In this document: one piece after another, positions 47,561 to 57,413 of the stretch
How the letters are laid out: every line of letters begins with the position of its first letter
Position numbering within the stretch: position 1 is the stretch's first letter
DNA from: Chromatiaceae bacterium
Lineage (GTDB): Bacteria > Pseudomonadota > Gammaproteobacteria > Chromatiales > Chromatiaceae
Direction of reading: 5' to 3'
Assembly: GCA_024235255.1 (NCBI GenBank)
Contig: JACKMT010000005.1
Location: 39,836 to 103,835, forward strand
DNA length: 64,000 nucleotides
The notes under the pieces: model-generated
What the model was told of the DNA's origin: nothing
The model's database searches: none
Seen by the model: the letters and a program-made list of their open reading frames with translations, nothing else
Made by a program: the position numbers and the translations under genes

Positions 47561-49552
47561 TCAAGTTTCGCTTTTGCGAACTGTGTTGTTGCCGGCCGGT
47601 GCGGGTATCTGTTCCAGCGGTTCAGGCAGCGCATCCGGAGCTTGCGGCGGTACTTCGGGGAAGGCGCCAATACCGGAGTCCAATCTGGGTGAAAAGCCGG
47701 TGACCTGAGGAACCCCTCTTACCATCTCTGCCCAGAGCATCTGTCTACGCAGGTGATGTGCCCGGTCCATGAAAATGTTGCCGGTTTTGCCTTCCAGAAT
47801 TTCCCGGGGGCTGCTCTGCAGACGCGCAAGGTGGGGTATCAGATGCAAACTGTCTATACCCATGGCAAGCAAGGGAAGATAGCTGGGAGGGGTGCTGGGG
47901 AATAGCTGGCGCAAATGTTCCAATGAGAGCTGGTCGGATTCATCTGCGGCAACCAGCAACCACGGCGTCACCGGAAATTTTATGCCGTTCAGATCCTGAT
48001 CTTCATCCGGCGATACAACGCCCGAATAGGCATGCGAAGTGGTGTAAATCGGCAGATCTGCCGCATGATGAAACTGTAATTGCGGGCGGATCTGGCGCGC
48101 CTTCTGGGACTTTGCCGCCAAGAAAAGGAAACCCGCATCGCGGCGTCTCCGGGGTTGGAACTCCAGATTCCTGCCAAGCAGTTGTTGCAGGCTCTTATGG
48201 CGCTGGTAACTCTCGTCAATATTGAGCAACGCCTGGATAGGCTTGGAAAAGTCGTGCGCTTCGTCGTCGTAGCTCTGCTGCTCGGCCAGCACGCCTCCCA
48301 ACTCCTCCCAGCGCGCACGAAACGCGGCTGCGATACGATCACCCCAGTCGCCTGCCGGGGTCAGTGACACTGCGACGGTATATCCGTCAGTCCAGGCCCG
48401 GTCGGCTACCTGGATAGCCTCATCTTCCGGTAACAGGCCAAATTGGTAGAGGTCGGGTGAGGGCAGACTTTCGGATGCAATCTGATTCAGCGCGAGTACC
48501 GGCACCTGCAGCTCCATGGCGCGGTTGAGCTGCGCCACGCTCTCCTTGTCCAGAGGGCCGATCACCATATCGGCACCCGACTCCACGGCTTCCTGATACA
48601 GCGGCCATGTGGCTTCCGGGTTGCTGTTGTCGTAAAAATAGAGCCGCGGCCGTGCCGTTGACTCCGCTGCGAAGTAAGCTGCAAGCAGGCCGTCCCTCAG
48701 CAGTGAGGCTACCCGTGCGTAGGGTCCGGACTCCGGCAACAGTACCGCGATGTTGCGGGGTTTAAGAAACTGGCTTTGCAGTTGCAGGAAATAACCATCG
48801 AGCAGTTCAGGCAGGGCTGGATGTGCGGGATGCGTTTTGCGCCACTCCCTGAATTTCAGCCTTATCAGCGCTTCATCGCTGGCAAACTCCTTTAGGATTC
48901 GCACCATTGCCAGCCAGCCGCGCTGCGTGTCGGCTGGCGGTGGTGACTGTTGGATTACCATGTCGCTTAGTGCGCCATAGGTGCGGATGATGTCCAGCTG
49001 GTTTTCCAGTTTGTCAGTCTGATCGTCAAGCAGCTGGTCAAGACTCTCCAGTTCGCGGCCACTCTCCATTGGGTTGCCGGAGAGGCGAAATGCCTCACTC
49101 CGGTCTTTTGTGTAGCGCCGACGCAGATCGATGCTGACCGCTTCGGGTGGGGCTGCCGAGAGGAGCGTCAGCGCTTCGTCCGGACGATTGCGCGCGATCG
49201 CCATCTCTGCGGTGAGCAGGCGGCGTTGGAAATCGAGGATAGGCAGTTCGGCCGTGTTGATACGCTCCAGCAGTGCTGCAGCGCTGTTTGGGTCGGCAGC
49301 CAGAAAGCGGTTCTCGGCGGCACGCAGCAGCAGTCGTTGGTTCTCCGCGAAAGGTTTTTCCGCTGCAATCTGTTCGAACAGTTCGGCCGCTGCCACATAA
49401 TCACCGCTGCTGGCGTAGCCTTCGGCTTGCTCGACCAGGGGATCGCGGGTGGCCCGCTGCAGGTCGGGCCGCAATTGCGGCGAAGGGACACAGCCCGCCA
49501 GCAGTACGATCAGCAACAGACAACGCAGGGTATTCCATTTTTTTGGTTGCAT
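47561..49552 (-). CDS. lpoA: penicillin-binding protein activator LpoA
   Basis: 663-aa ORF. Lipoprotein signal LLAGC, N-terminal TPR-like domain and C-terminal periplasmic-binding-protein-like domain. Divergent from rsmI as in E. coli. Confidence 0.85.
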   Translation of the reverse strand: MQPKKWNTLRCLLLIVLLAGCVPSPQLRPDLQRATRDPLVEQAEGYASSGDYVAAAELFEQIAAEKPFAENQRLLLRAAENRFLAADPNSAAALLERINTAELPILDFQRRLLTAEMAIARNRPDEALTLLSAAPPEAVSIDLRRRYTKDRSEAFRLSGNPMESGRELESLDQLLDDQTDKLENQLDIIRTYGALSDMVIQQSPPPADTQRGWLAMVRILKEFASDEALIRLKFREWRKTHPAHPALPELLDGYFLQLQSQFLKPRNIAVLLPESGPYARVASLLRDGLLAAYFAAESTARPRLYFYDNSNPEATWPLYQEAVESGADMVIGPLDKESVAQLNRAMELQVPVLALNQIASESLPSPDLYQFGLLPEDEAIQVADRAWTDGYTVAVSLTPAGDWGDRIAAAFRARWEELGGVLAEQQSYDDEAHDFSKPIQALLNIDESYQRHKSLQQLLGRNLEFQPRRRRDAGFLFLAAKSQKARQIRPQLQFHHAADLPIYTTSHAYSGVVSPDEDQDLNGIKFPVTPWLLVAADESDQLSLEHLRQLFPSTPPSYLPLLAMGIDSLHLIPHLARLQSSPREILEGKTGNIFMDRAHHLRRQMLWAEMVRGVPQVTGFSPRLDSGIGAFPEVPPQAPDALPEPLEQIPAPAGNNTVRKSET

Positions 49553-49709
49553 AGCGGATAGGTCTAGTGTTTTATGCCGGTCGGGTATATTAATGTTCGA
49601 GGTGCGATGTGGCGATGTTCAATGATTGCATGGATGCAGAAGCAAGCGCAAACAGCTCAGGCGTACCCACAGCGCTTCCGGTTCTTGCGCTATTCTACCC
49701 CAACCGAGG

Positions 49710-50570
49710 ATGGTGAGGTTAGTGGGCAGCATCGACAAAGGGGTGCTCTATGTCGTCGCAACTCCGATCGGAAATCTGGGTGACATTTCGGCGCGCAGCA
49801 TAGCCGTTTTGCAACAGGTTGACCTGATCGCAGCCGAGGATACCCGCCACACCAAACCGCTGCTGCACCACATGGGTATTGCCACGCCGCTCTTTGCGAT
49901 GCATGAGCATAACGAACAGGCGCAGCTGGACGGACTGATCGAGCGCCTTGGCGCGGGCCAGTCGATCGCTTTGGTGTCGGATGCAGGCACACCGCTGATC
50001 AGCGACCCGGGATTTCTGCTGGTCAGGGAGTGCCATCGCAGCGGGATTCGGGTTTCGCCTGTGCCGGGTGCCTGTGCCGCAGTCGCCGCGTTGTCGGTGT
50101 CGGGACTCCCCCCAGACCGGTTTCGCTTCGAAGGATTTCCGCCGCGCACTGCCAGTGCCAGGCAGCAGTTTTTCCGCGGCCTGCTTGCGGAAGATGCGAC
50201 GCTTCTCTTTTACGAATCCAGCCATCGGATAGTGGCGTCACTGGCGGATATGAGCATGGTATTCGGCGGCGATCGCCGTGCGGTGCTGGTGCGCGAACTG
50301 ACTAAGATTCACGAGACTATTCTGTCAGCCCAACTAAGTGAACTTAGCGCAATTGTCGAGCGGGACTCCAATCAGAGCAAAGGGGAGATTGTCGTTTTGG
50401 TGGCTGGTGCCCGAAAAGATTGCGATTCTGTTTCGGCAGAGGCAGAGCGGGTACTCGATATACTTCGGGAAACCCTGCCCCTGAAACAGGCGGTATCCCT
50501 TGCTGCACGCATCTCGGGCGAGAAGAAGAACCGGCTTTACCAGCTGGCCCTGAAAAACGAGCGGCAGTAA
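49710..50570 (+). CDS. rsmI: 16S rRNA (cytidine1402-2'-O)-methyltransferase
   Basis: GVLYVVATPIGNLGDISARS, DLIAAEDTRHT, VSDAGTPLISDPG, FYESSHR, RELTKIHE. Start at codon 29 (MVRLV) of ORF 49626-50570. Confidence 0.93.
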   Translation: MVRLVGSIDKGVLYVVATPIGNLGDISARSIAVLQQVDLIAAEDTRHTKPLLHHMGIATPLFAMHEHNEQAQLDGLIERLGAGQSIALVSDAGTPLISDPGFLLVRECHRSGIRVSPVPGACAAVAALSVSGLPPDRFRFEGFPPRTASARQQFFRGLLAEDATLLFYESSHRIVASLADMSMVFGGDRRAVLVRELTKIHETILSAQLSELSAIVERDSNQSKGEIVVLVAGARKDCDSVSAEAERVLDILRETLPLKQAVSLAARISGEKKNRLYQLALKNERQ

Positions 50571-50605
50571 GCGGGAACGGCGTATGCTACCGCCCCGATA
50601 AGTTC

Positions 50606-50956
50606 CTATGAAGGTTTTGCAATTATGCTGTGCTGGCCGGTAGCGGGTTGTCTGATGCTACCGGGTGGCTGGGTCACTGTGCGGAAGAGTAACGGCTGTC
50701 GTTCGTTGAACATGACTCCGATACAGTTGGTATTACAGTGAGTTACGGTTGCGGGTATGGTCCAGCTGCAATCGGCCCAGCTGACCTGCAATTCAATCTT
50801 GGAGCCGATACTCAACAGACCGGATCCGTTTTCGAGCAGCATCCCTTCAGGTGCAATATTGTGCACTCTGCAGCGCATGCTCATCTTTCCGGATTGGCAT
50901 AGTTCGACCGATAATAGAACCGGATGCCGTCGGCCTGAGCGTCGTTCGTGTTGCAT
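50606..50956 (-). CDS. PilZ domain-containing protein
   Basis: 116-aa ORF. ERRSGRRH (RxxxR-like) followed by HNIAPEGMLL (D/NxSxxG-like). Confidence 0.6.
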   Translation of the reverse strand: MQHERRSGRRHPVLLSVELCQSGKMSMRCRVHNIAPEGMLLENGSGLLSIGSKIELQVSWADCSWTIPATVTHCNTNCIGVMFNERQPLLFRTVTQPPGSIRQPATGQHSIIAKPS

Positions 50957-51133
50957 TTTTGCGCCCCCTCTCCTCTTTGTACTCTCTCATTGTTCGCGGC
51001 GGGAACAAAACCTTGGGGTTTCTAACCTTAATTTTTATCGGCACATTTACCAAAGCCTTTAGTCGGTATATCGCAGCGGAATCCGGTGTTTGAGTTCCCG
51101 TTATCCCTCATCCATCCGGATTCATTCACGCGC

Positions 51134-52246
51134 TCAGGAACCGGTTTCTTTCAGTGCCTTCTCAATTGCTTCGCTTAGCTCATTTTCCAAATTTGTCGCG
51201 GCATTCAATCTGATGCCGTTAACAAAGAAAGTCGGGGTGCTGTCCAGCCCGAGCCGCAACGCTTCCGCTTTTGATTTTGCTACTTTTGCAGCTGCTTCGG
51301 TTCCCGTCAGGCAGTCGTTAAATCGTGCGGTGTCCAGTCCGATCTTAGTGGCCAGATCAAGTGGTGAGCTGGCTGACAAGGAGGACTGCAGCTCGAAGGC
51401 GCCATAATGGTAGACCCAGAACTTGCCTTGCTGGTCAGCGCAGACGGCGCCTTCGGCAACTTTAAGGGAGATGCCGGAGCGGTTGATCGGGAAGTCCATG
51501 AAAACCACCCGGATCTTTTCACCATACTGTGTCTCCAGTCGCTGCATGATTTCGGATGCAGTCTTGCAGTGGGGGCACTGATAATCAGCAAATTCAACCA
51601 CCTCCACCGGCGCGAGCATTGGACCTTTACTGGGGAACCCTGCCGTATCGATAGTGGCAACCGGCGGTTGTGGCTTGTCGATCAGAAATGCGTATTCCCC
51701 CTCTTTTTTTATCGACTCGACCAGCTTGGAGCGCTCTTCCAATGCCTGCTGTTGCATCAGAAACTGAGAAATCTGTCGCTTGACCTGATCGTATGGCGCG
51801 GAAATTTTCTCTTTGTTGGCCTCGTAGAAGCTGGTCATTGCCTCTTCTGTCGGCTGGACCAGATTGATCATCTCCATAGCCACCTGTTCCGGCTCTTTTT
51901 GCTGGCGTTCCGCCTCCCTGGTTAAATAGATTTGCCATACGGCGCTGTCCATCAGCAAGCGACGCTCTTGGTAATATTTGCTGGCAAGTTGGTGCAGTCG
52001 CTCGCGAACTTGTATGTTGAGATCGCTTTCGTGGAACTCCTTCCCCGAAAACCGAAACAAGGCGCCGCCATTGCCGCTGTCTTCAGTGCATCCTGAGACG
52101 GCCTCGGCCGAGGTGCAACCAGTGCCCGCGGCAATATTGGGCAGAATTATCGTTGCCAGGATCAAGGGGCACAGCCATCGTTTTACCATTTGGATTCGCT
52201 CCATTGTTGAGTTCGGTGAGGCTTGTAAGAGGGCAACTCCTCTCAC
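51134..52246 (-). CDS. DsbA-family thiol:disulfide oxidoreductase with N-terminal chaperone-like extension
   Basis: 370-aa ORF. FADYQCPHCK thioredoxin-fold active site, PTFFVNG. A start at MVKRW (52189) would give a signal peptide. Confidence 0.75.
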   Translation of the reverse strand: MRGVALLQASPNSTMERIQMVKRWLCPLILATIILPNIAAGTGCTSAEAVSGCTEDSGNGGALFRFSGKEFHESDLNIQVRERLHQLASKYYQERRLLMDSAVWQIYLTREAERQQKEPEQVAMEMINLVQPTEEAMTSFYEANKEKISAPYDQVKRQISQFLMQQQALEERSKLVESIKKEGEYAFLIDKPQPPVATIDTAGFPSKGPMLAPVEVVEFADYQCPHCKTASEIMQRLETQYGEKIRVVFMDFPINRSGISLKVAEGAVCADQQGKFWVYHYGAFELQSSLSASSPLDLATKIGLDTARFNDCLTGTEAAAKVAKSKAEALRLGLDSTPTFFVNGIRLNAATNLENELSEAIEKALKETGS

Positions 52247-52334
52247 GGCCGGGTATAGCCACTATCAACCAGAGATAGCGACAGGTTGTCAGCGCCAATT
52301 TTGACGCATGCAACAGGGTTTAACCATCGGCAAT

Positions 52335-52369
52335 AAAAAAACCGCGCCGGATACGGACCGGAGCGGTTT
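52335..52369 (-). terminator. intrinsic terminator of sodB
   Basis: On the minus strand: aaaccgc-tccgg-(loop)-ccgg-c-gcggttt followed by TTTTTTT (plus strand aaaaaaaccgcgccggatacggaccggagcggttt). Confidence 0.65.
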
Positions 52370-52414
52370 GTAATTGCCGGAAGGGAAAAAGCTTCCGCTC
52401 AAAGTCTCGTGGTA

Positions 52415-52996
52415 TCAGGCTGCCAGGTTGGCGGCTACGTAATCCCAGTTAACCAGTTTCCAGATCTCTTCCAGATATTTCGGGCGCGCGTTGCGGTAGT
52501 CGATGTAGTAAGCGTGCTCCCATACATCGATCGTCAGCAGGGGGGTCTTGCCGTCGGTCATCGGATTGCCCGCATTCGAGGTGTTCACAATCTCGACCGC
52601 GCCACTGCTGTTCTTTACCAGCCAGGTCCAGCCTGAACCGAAGTTGGTGGCGGCGGAAGTTGAGAACGCTTTCTTGAAATCGTCGAAGGAGCCAAATGCC
52701 TTGTCGATCGCCGCGCCTAGCTCTCCGGAAGGGGCTCCTCCCCCGTTGGGTGAGAGGCAGTTCCAGTAGAAGGTGTGGTTCCACACCTGTGCGGCGTTGT
52801 TGAAGATGCCGCCGGAGGATCGCTTGACGATCTCCTCCAGAGAGGCGTTTTCAAATTCGGTGCCGGGAATCAGGTTGTTCAGGTTGGTGACGTAGGTTTG
52901 ATGGTGTTTGTCGTGATGAAACTCCAGGGTCTCCTGGGAGATGGTGGGTTCCAGCGCGTTCTTGGGGTAGGGCAGATCGGGAAGTTCGTGTGCCAT
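52415..52996 (-). CDS. sodB: superoxide dismutase [Fe]
   Basis: [48 protein letters not shown]. Confidence 0.96.
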   Translation of the reverse strand: MAHELPDLPYPKNALEPTISQETLEFHHDKHHQTYVTNLNNLIPGTEFENASLEEIVKRSSGGIFNNAAQVWNHTFYWNCLSPNGGGAPSGELGAAIDKAFGSFDDFKKAFSTSAATNFGSGWTWLVKNSSGAVEIVNTSNAGNPMTDGKTPLLTIDVWEHAYYIDYRNARPKYLEEIWKLVNWDYVAANLAA

Positions 52997-53484
52997 TTTT
53001 TTAAAATCTCCTGAAATTATGAATAAAAACCGCTAAATAACCTACCAGAATACTTGGTAAATATTGGGGGCATTCTAATTCGCAAAGCGGGCTATTGCAA
53101 CAAGCGCCAGTAACTTACAACCTCAACAGATCTGCTATGGACTACTTTGATAAGCATGGATGAAACTGTCCGCGATGGCGCTGTCTCTTGCAACGGTAGT
53201 GGTGGTGACTTTAAGAAAAATCAGCACCTTGGTAAAGGAAGTATAAGTATCTGCAGTCGCAGGTCAAAACGGTACATGAGTGAGAAACTCCAGATTTTTT
53301 TCGAGTTTGATTTTGGTCATCGACCGGTGGCTTGGGGTTGCTTACCAGATTGCTGCGTCGGTCTCCGGCAGTTAACGCGATGGCAGAGGAATTAAACTTT
53401 TCAGGTTTCTGCCGATGTAACTTATCAGTTGCTCTTATTTTGAACCGTTTCAGCCCACACTTGAACCCAGGGCAGGAGAACAAG

Positions 53485-54348
53485 ATGTCTACAATTTGGG
53501 AACAGGTGACTGCCGGCGCCAAGCTGATTTCATTGCCGGATATCTATCTTCGTCTGCGCGCTGTGTTGGATGACCCGGACTTTTCCATGTCCGATGTCTC
53601 TGATGTGATCTGCCGCGATCCGGGAATGACCGCCCGCTTGCTGCGACTGGTTAACAGCGCGTTTTTCGGCTTGGCTGCCAAAATCGAAACCGTTACCCGG
53701 GCCACGAGCCTGCTCGGCACGCAACAGGTACATGACCTGATCTTGGCCACATCGGTCGCCGAAACCTTTGACGGCATGTCATCAGAGGTGATGGACATGC
53801 ACCGTTTTTGGCGGCGTAGTATCCATTGCGGCGTGCTTTCCAGGTTGCTGGCCAATAAGTGCAATGTACTGGACAGCGAGCGGCTGTTCGTGGCGGGATT
53901 GCTGCGCGATATCGGCCATCTCGTGATGTACCAGACGATTCCGGATTTATCGCGTCAGGCGATGGAGCAGTCCGCGGCTACAGGCCAACCGCTGTTCAAG
54001 ATTGAGCGGGAGATAATAGGGCTCGATTACGCACGCGTGGGCGGTGCGCTGATGCGGCAGTGGGATCTGCCCAAGAGCCTGACCCAGGCAGCCGAGTTTC
54101 ACGTCGAGCCCGGGCGGGCCGTAGAGAACGCGTTAGAAACAGCGATTGTGCACCTGGCCGCTCTGGTGGCGGAGAGCTGCGACGCCGGTGAAGCGCCCGA
54201 CTCCTGGCAGGCCCGAATCAACGAAGCAGCCTGGCAGCTGGCAGGGTTGTCGCTGGCGCAGTGCAGCGAATGCCAAATCGAAGCGGATGGCCAGATCGAG
54301 CAGGTAATGCAACTCATATTTCCTGAGCAGAAAAGAGCAGTGGGGTAG
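53485..54348 (+). CDS. HDOD domain-containing signalling protein
   Basis: LISLPDIYLRLRAVLDDPDFSMSDVSDVICRDPGMTARLLRLVNSAFFG...LLRDIGHLV. ATG 53485 preceded by the aggaga RBS. Start moved inside ORF 53332-54348. Confidence 0.8.
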   Translation: MSTIWEQVTAGAKLISLPDIYLRLRAVLDDPDFSMSDVSDVICRDPGMTARLLRLVNSAFFGLAAKIETVTRATSLLGTQQVHDLILATSVAETFDGMSSEVMDMHRFWRRSIHCGVLSRLLANKCNVLDSERLFVAGLLRDIGHLVMYQTIPDLSRQAMEQSAATGQPLFKIEREIIGLDYARVGGALMRQWDLPKSLTQAAEFHVEPGRAVENALETAIVHLAALVAESCDAGEAPDSWQARINEAAWQLAGLSLAQCSECQIEADGQIEQVMQLIFPEQKRAVG

Positions 54349-54448
54349 ACCTCCTCGACCGGCCAGGAAACGGCATGCGCCGGGTCAGCGGCGAAACGGA
54401 TCCGGTATGTGAGCCTGCGCAGGCGGGTTTTCCGGCCTGGGGGAGAGC

Positions 54449-54898
54449 TTACTCGGCTGCCGCGTCGGTAATTTTTTCTAAAGCCCCCTGCGCCTGCTTG
54501 ACCGCGGCATTGCCCTGCAGCTGATAGTGACTCTCAAGTGCGCCTGGGTCATGGTAGCTGATCCAGGTCTTTCCAGTGTTGTCCTGATAGATCAACACCC
54601 GCAACGGAAGATCCAAGCCTGCTGCCGGGTCCTGCTGCATGATGGCAGTACCCAGTTTAGGACTGCCAAAGATCAGAACCTGTGCCGCTCCCATCTTCAG
54701 TTCCGCTTGGGCCGCATTGGCCTGGTGGTCGATCCGGTTGAATACGGTGAGTCCCTTGCCACGGACGATTTGCTCCAGTTTGTCCATGGTCTCTTGCACC
54801 CCGGTGCGGCTCTCTTTGGTTACCAGATCACCGGCAGCGTTAGCCAACAGACTCATGCCCAGCAGTGCACCCGCCAGGAATAATTTATCGGTTATCAT
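54449..54898 (-). CDS. DUF302 domain-containing periplasmic protein
   Basis: 149-aa ORF with signal peptide. VLIFGSPKLGTAIM, LDLPLRVLIY. Confidence 0.7.
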   Translation of the reverse strand: MITDKLFLAGALLGMSLLANAAGDLVTKESRTGVQETMDKLEQIVRGKGLTVFNRIDHQANAAQAELKMGAAQVLIFGSPKLGTAIMQQDPAAGLDLPLRVLIYQDNTGKTWISYHDPGALESHYQLQGNAAVKQAQGALEKITDAAAE

Positions 54899-55002
54899 CT
54901 AAATCCTCCTTGGTTTTTCACAGCAGTTCTGCTCACTCACATCGCGTCTACCTATTGAAAGACCTGTGTGGATACAAATTTCTTTCAATTAGCTGGCCAC
55001 CA

Positions 55003-55683
55003 TTACAAGCGGCGTTCTCCCCACGCAGACCGATCGATCAGTACCTCCGGCGTAGCCTGCGAGCGGACCGCAGCAGCCGGCAAAGGATCGCCCCGGCGCC
55101 AGCTCGCTACCGCCGATTTTTTACTTTCTCCTGCAACCAGAAACAGTATCTGTCTGCTGTTGGAGAGTGTCGAAAAATTGAGGCTTACACGCTCAGAAGG
55201 GGGCTTTGGCGCCTGGTATACGGGAACCACGATCGCTGCTTCCGGATGCGTATGGCCCGGAAACAGGCTGGCGGTATGTCCATCCTCCCCCAGCCCGAGT
55301 AGCACCAGATCGAACGGTGTTGCACCGGTGATGGTAGCCGTATAGCTGCGTGCGGCAGGTGCGGCTCCGAGTTCTGCGGGAATCGGGTGAACCTGATCTG
55401 CCGGGATCGCTACCCGGTCGAGCAGCGCGGCTGCCGCCTGCATGCTGTTGCGCTGCGAATCGGATGGGGGCAGGCAGCGCTCGTCCCCAAAGTAAACGTG
55501 CCATTTACCCCAGTCGCTGGCGGCTGCAGAGAGCAGCCGGTAGCAGAGCAGCGGGGTTGTGCCGCCTGCCAGCACTATTTTGAAGCTGCCCCGGTCGGAG
55601 ATGGCAAGTTGTGCGGCGTGTAATATGCGCGCACAGGCGGCCTGTGCCACAGCGTCGGCATTAGCGCACAAAGTCCAGCTCAC
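55003..55683 (-). CDS. pgl: 6-phosphogluconolactonase
   Basis: 226-aa ORF. LAGGTTP, HVYFGDERCLP, LLGLGEDGHTASLFPG. 4-nt overlap with zwf. Confidence 0.88.
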   Translation of the reverse strand: MSWTLCANADAVAQAACARILHAAQLAISDRGSFKIVLAGGTTPLLCYRLLSAAASDWGKWHVYFGDERCLPPSDSQRNSMQAAAALLDRVAIPADQVHPIPAELGAAPAARSYTATITGATPFDLVLLGLGEDGHTASLFPGHTHPEAAIVVPVYQAPKPPSERVSLNFSTLSNSRQILFLVAGESKKSAVASWRRGDPLPAAAVRSQATPEVLIDRSAWGERRL

Positions 55684-57173
55684 ACTGTTTCCGGGTCCAG
55701 GCTGTGGCGCCAGCGATGCGCCTCCTTTTCGAACAGCCGCCGGCTCTCTTCCGGGCCCCAGGAACCGGCCGGGTAGGTGTGAATTTGCCGGCGCTCTCCA
55801 GCCCAGCTGCGCAGCACCGGGTCGACCACTCCCCAGGCCCGTTCCACTTCGTCGTAGCGCAGAAACAGCGAGCGATCTCCGTCGATGACGTCCAGCAGCA
55901 GCTCCTCGTAGGCGTCGTTCGGGCGGTCGCCATCTTGGTTAAGGCTGGCATCGAGGCTGGTCTGTCGGGTGCGCATCTCCAATCCGGGCTCTTTGACCGT
56001 GATCTCCATGCGCAGGCATTCGCAGGGCTGGATGCCCAGCAGTATCCAATTCTGCCTGATCTGCCCGGCCTGGGTGCCGCGGAAAAACTGTTGCGGCGGA
56101 TGACGGAAGCAGATCGATACCAGGGAGTGCTGCGCTGCCATGCGCTTGCCGGTCCTTAGATAGAAGGGCACGTCCCGCCAGCGCCAGTTGTCCACGAAGA
56201 GTTTCAGCGCCGCGTAGGTCTCGGTTGAACTCTCCGGTGCTACGCCCGTTTCCTGCAGATAGCCCGGCACTGGTCTACCGCCGACAATGCCCTCGCTGTA
56301 CTGGGCGCGGAAGGCATGGCTCTCAACATCGTCCGGTGCTATCGGGCGGATCGATCTAAGTACCTTCACTTTCTCATCGCGCAGCGCCTCCGCCTCCATT
56401 GAGACGGGCGGTTCCATCGCCACCAGCGTCAGCAGCTGCAGCAGATGACTCTGGATCATATCGCGCAAGGCGCCCGTCCCCTCGTAAAACGGGGCACGGC
56501 TGCCCACTCCGAGTGTCTCCGAGTGGGTGATCTGGATGTGGTCAATGTAGTTACGGTTCCACAGGGGTTCCATCAGGGTGTTGGCGAAACGGAACACCAG
56601 CACATTCTGTACGGTGCCTTTTCCCAGGTAATGGTCGATCCGATAGATCTGCTGCTCGCGCAAATGGTTGCCAATCGCCTGCTGCAACGCGCGGGCGCTC
56701 TTCAGGTCGTAGCCGAAAGGTTTCTCGACCACCACCCGGCGCCAACCGTCGGTCTCGCTCAGCAGGCGGGCATTGCTCAGGCGTTCCACCACCTGACTGA
56801 ACCCGTCGGGGCTGATCGCCATGTAGTAGATGGTGTTGGCCGGGTAGCTGTTATCGCCGCGCAGCGTTTCGCGCAGCCGGTCGTACATGGCCGGGTCATC
56901 GAGATCGCACTGAAAATAGTCGAGCCGCCGCGCGAAGGCGTCCAGCACCTTCGGGTTCTGGCCGTCGGCTGGTTTTTCGGCGATCCATCCCTGCACTACA
57001 TCAATGCATTTCTGCCGGCTCCACGGACGCCGGCCAAGCGCCAGGATGCGGCTGCCGGGAGGGAGTTTGCCGGCGGCTTCCAACTGGTATAGGGCGGGCA
57101 TCAGCTTGACCCGGGAGAGGTTGCCAGTGGCACCGAAAATGACATAGGTGCAGGCAGTGGAGTGGGTTGCCAT
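55680..57173 (-). CDS. zwf: glucose-6-phosphate dehydrogenase
   Basis: 497-aa ORF. IFGATGNLSRVKLMPALY, RIDHYLGKGTVQN, EKPFG. Confidence 0.96.
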   Translation of the reverse strand: MATHSTACTYVIFGATGNLSRVKLMPALYQLEAAGKLPPGSRILALGRRPWSRQKCIDVVQGWIAEKPADGQNPKVLDAFARRLDYFQCDLDDPAMYDRLRETLRGDNSYPANTIYYMAISPDGFSQVVERLSNARLLSETDGWRRVVVEKPFGYDLKSARALQQAIGNHLREQQIYRIDHYLGKGTVQNVLVFRFANTLMEPLWNRNYIDHIQITHSETLGVGSRAPFYEGTGALRDMIQSHLLQLLTLVAMEPPVSMEAEALRDEKVKVLRSIRPIAPDDVESHAFRAQYSEGIVGGRPVPGYLQETGVAPESSTETYAALKLFVDNWRWRDVPFYLRTGKRMAAQHSLVSICFRHPPQQFFRGTQAGQIRQNWILLGIQPCECLRMEITVKEPGLEMRTRQTSLDASLNQDGDRPNDAYEELLLDVIDGDRSLFLRYDEVERAWGVVDPVLRSWAGERRQIHTYPAGSWGPEESRRLFEKEAHRWRHSLDPETV

Positions 57174-57413
57174 GAATTCAATGCTCCATTTTGTCAGGCG
57201 TTATAGCTGGTTCTGTAGCCGTGACGGTCAATATTAAGCGCCAGTTTTTGACCCATGACGGCGAGGCTGCTCAATCCAATATCCGCTTGGAGTATGCTGA
57301 CTCCTGGTCTGTTGCAGTCATTTCAGGGTTAAGAGTATGGCATAATTCGAATGGCGTTTTTTTTACCCCAGCTAAAGCTGGACAACTGCCAAAGGGAAAG
57401 GGGGCCTCCCGAG

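Noticed and set aside
53147-53522. Two overlapping ORFs (82 aa plus strand, 103 aa minus strand) in the sodB-HDOD spacer
   Set aside because: They have no RBS, no recognisable domain and odd composition, and they are mutually exclusive. They are treated as non-coding.
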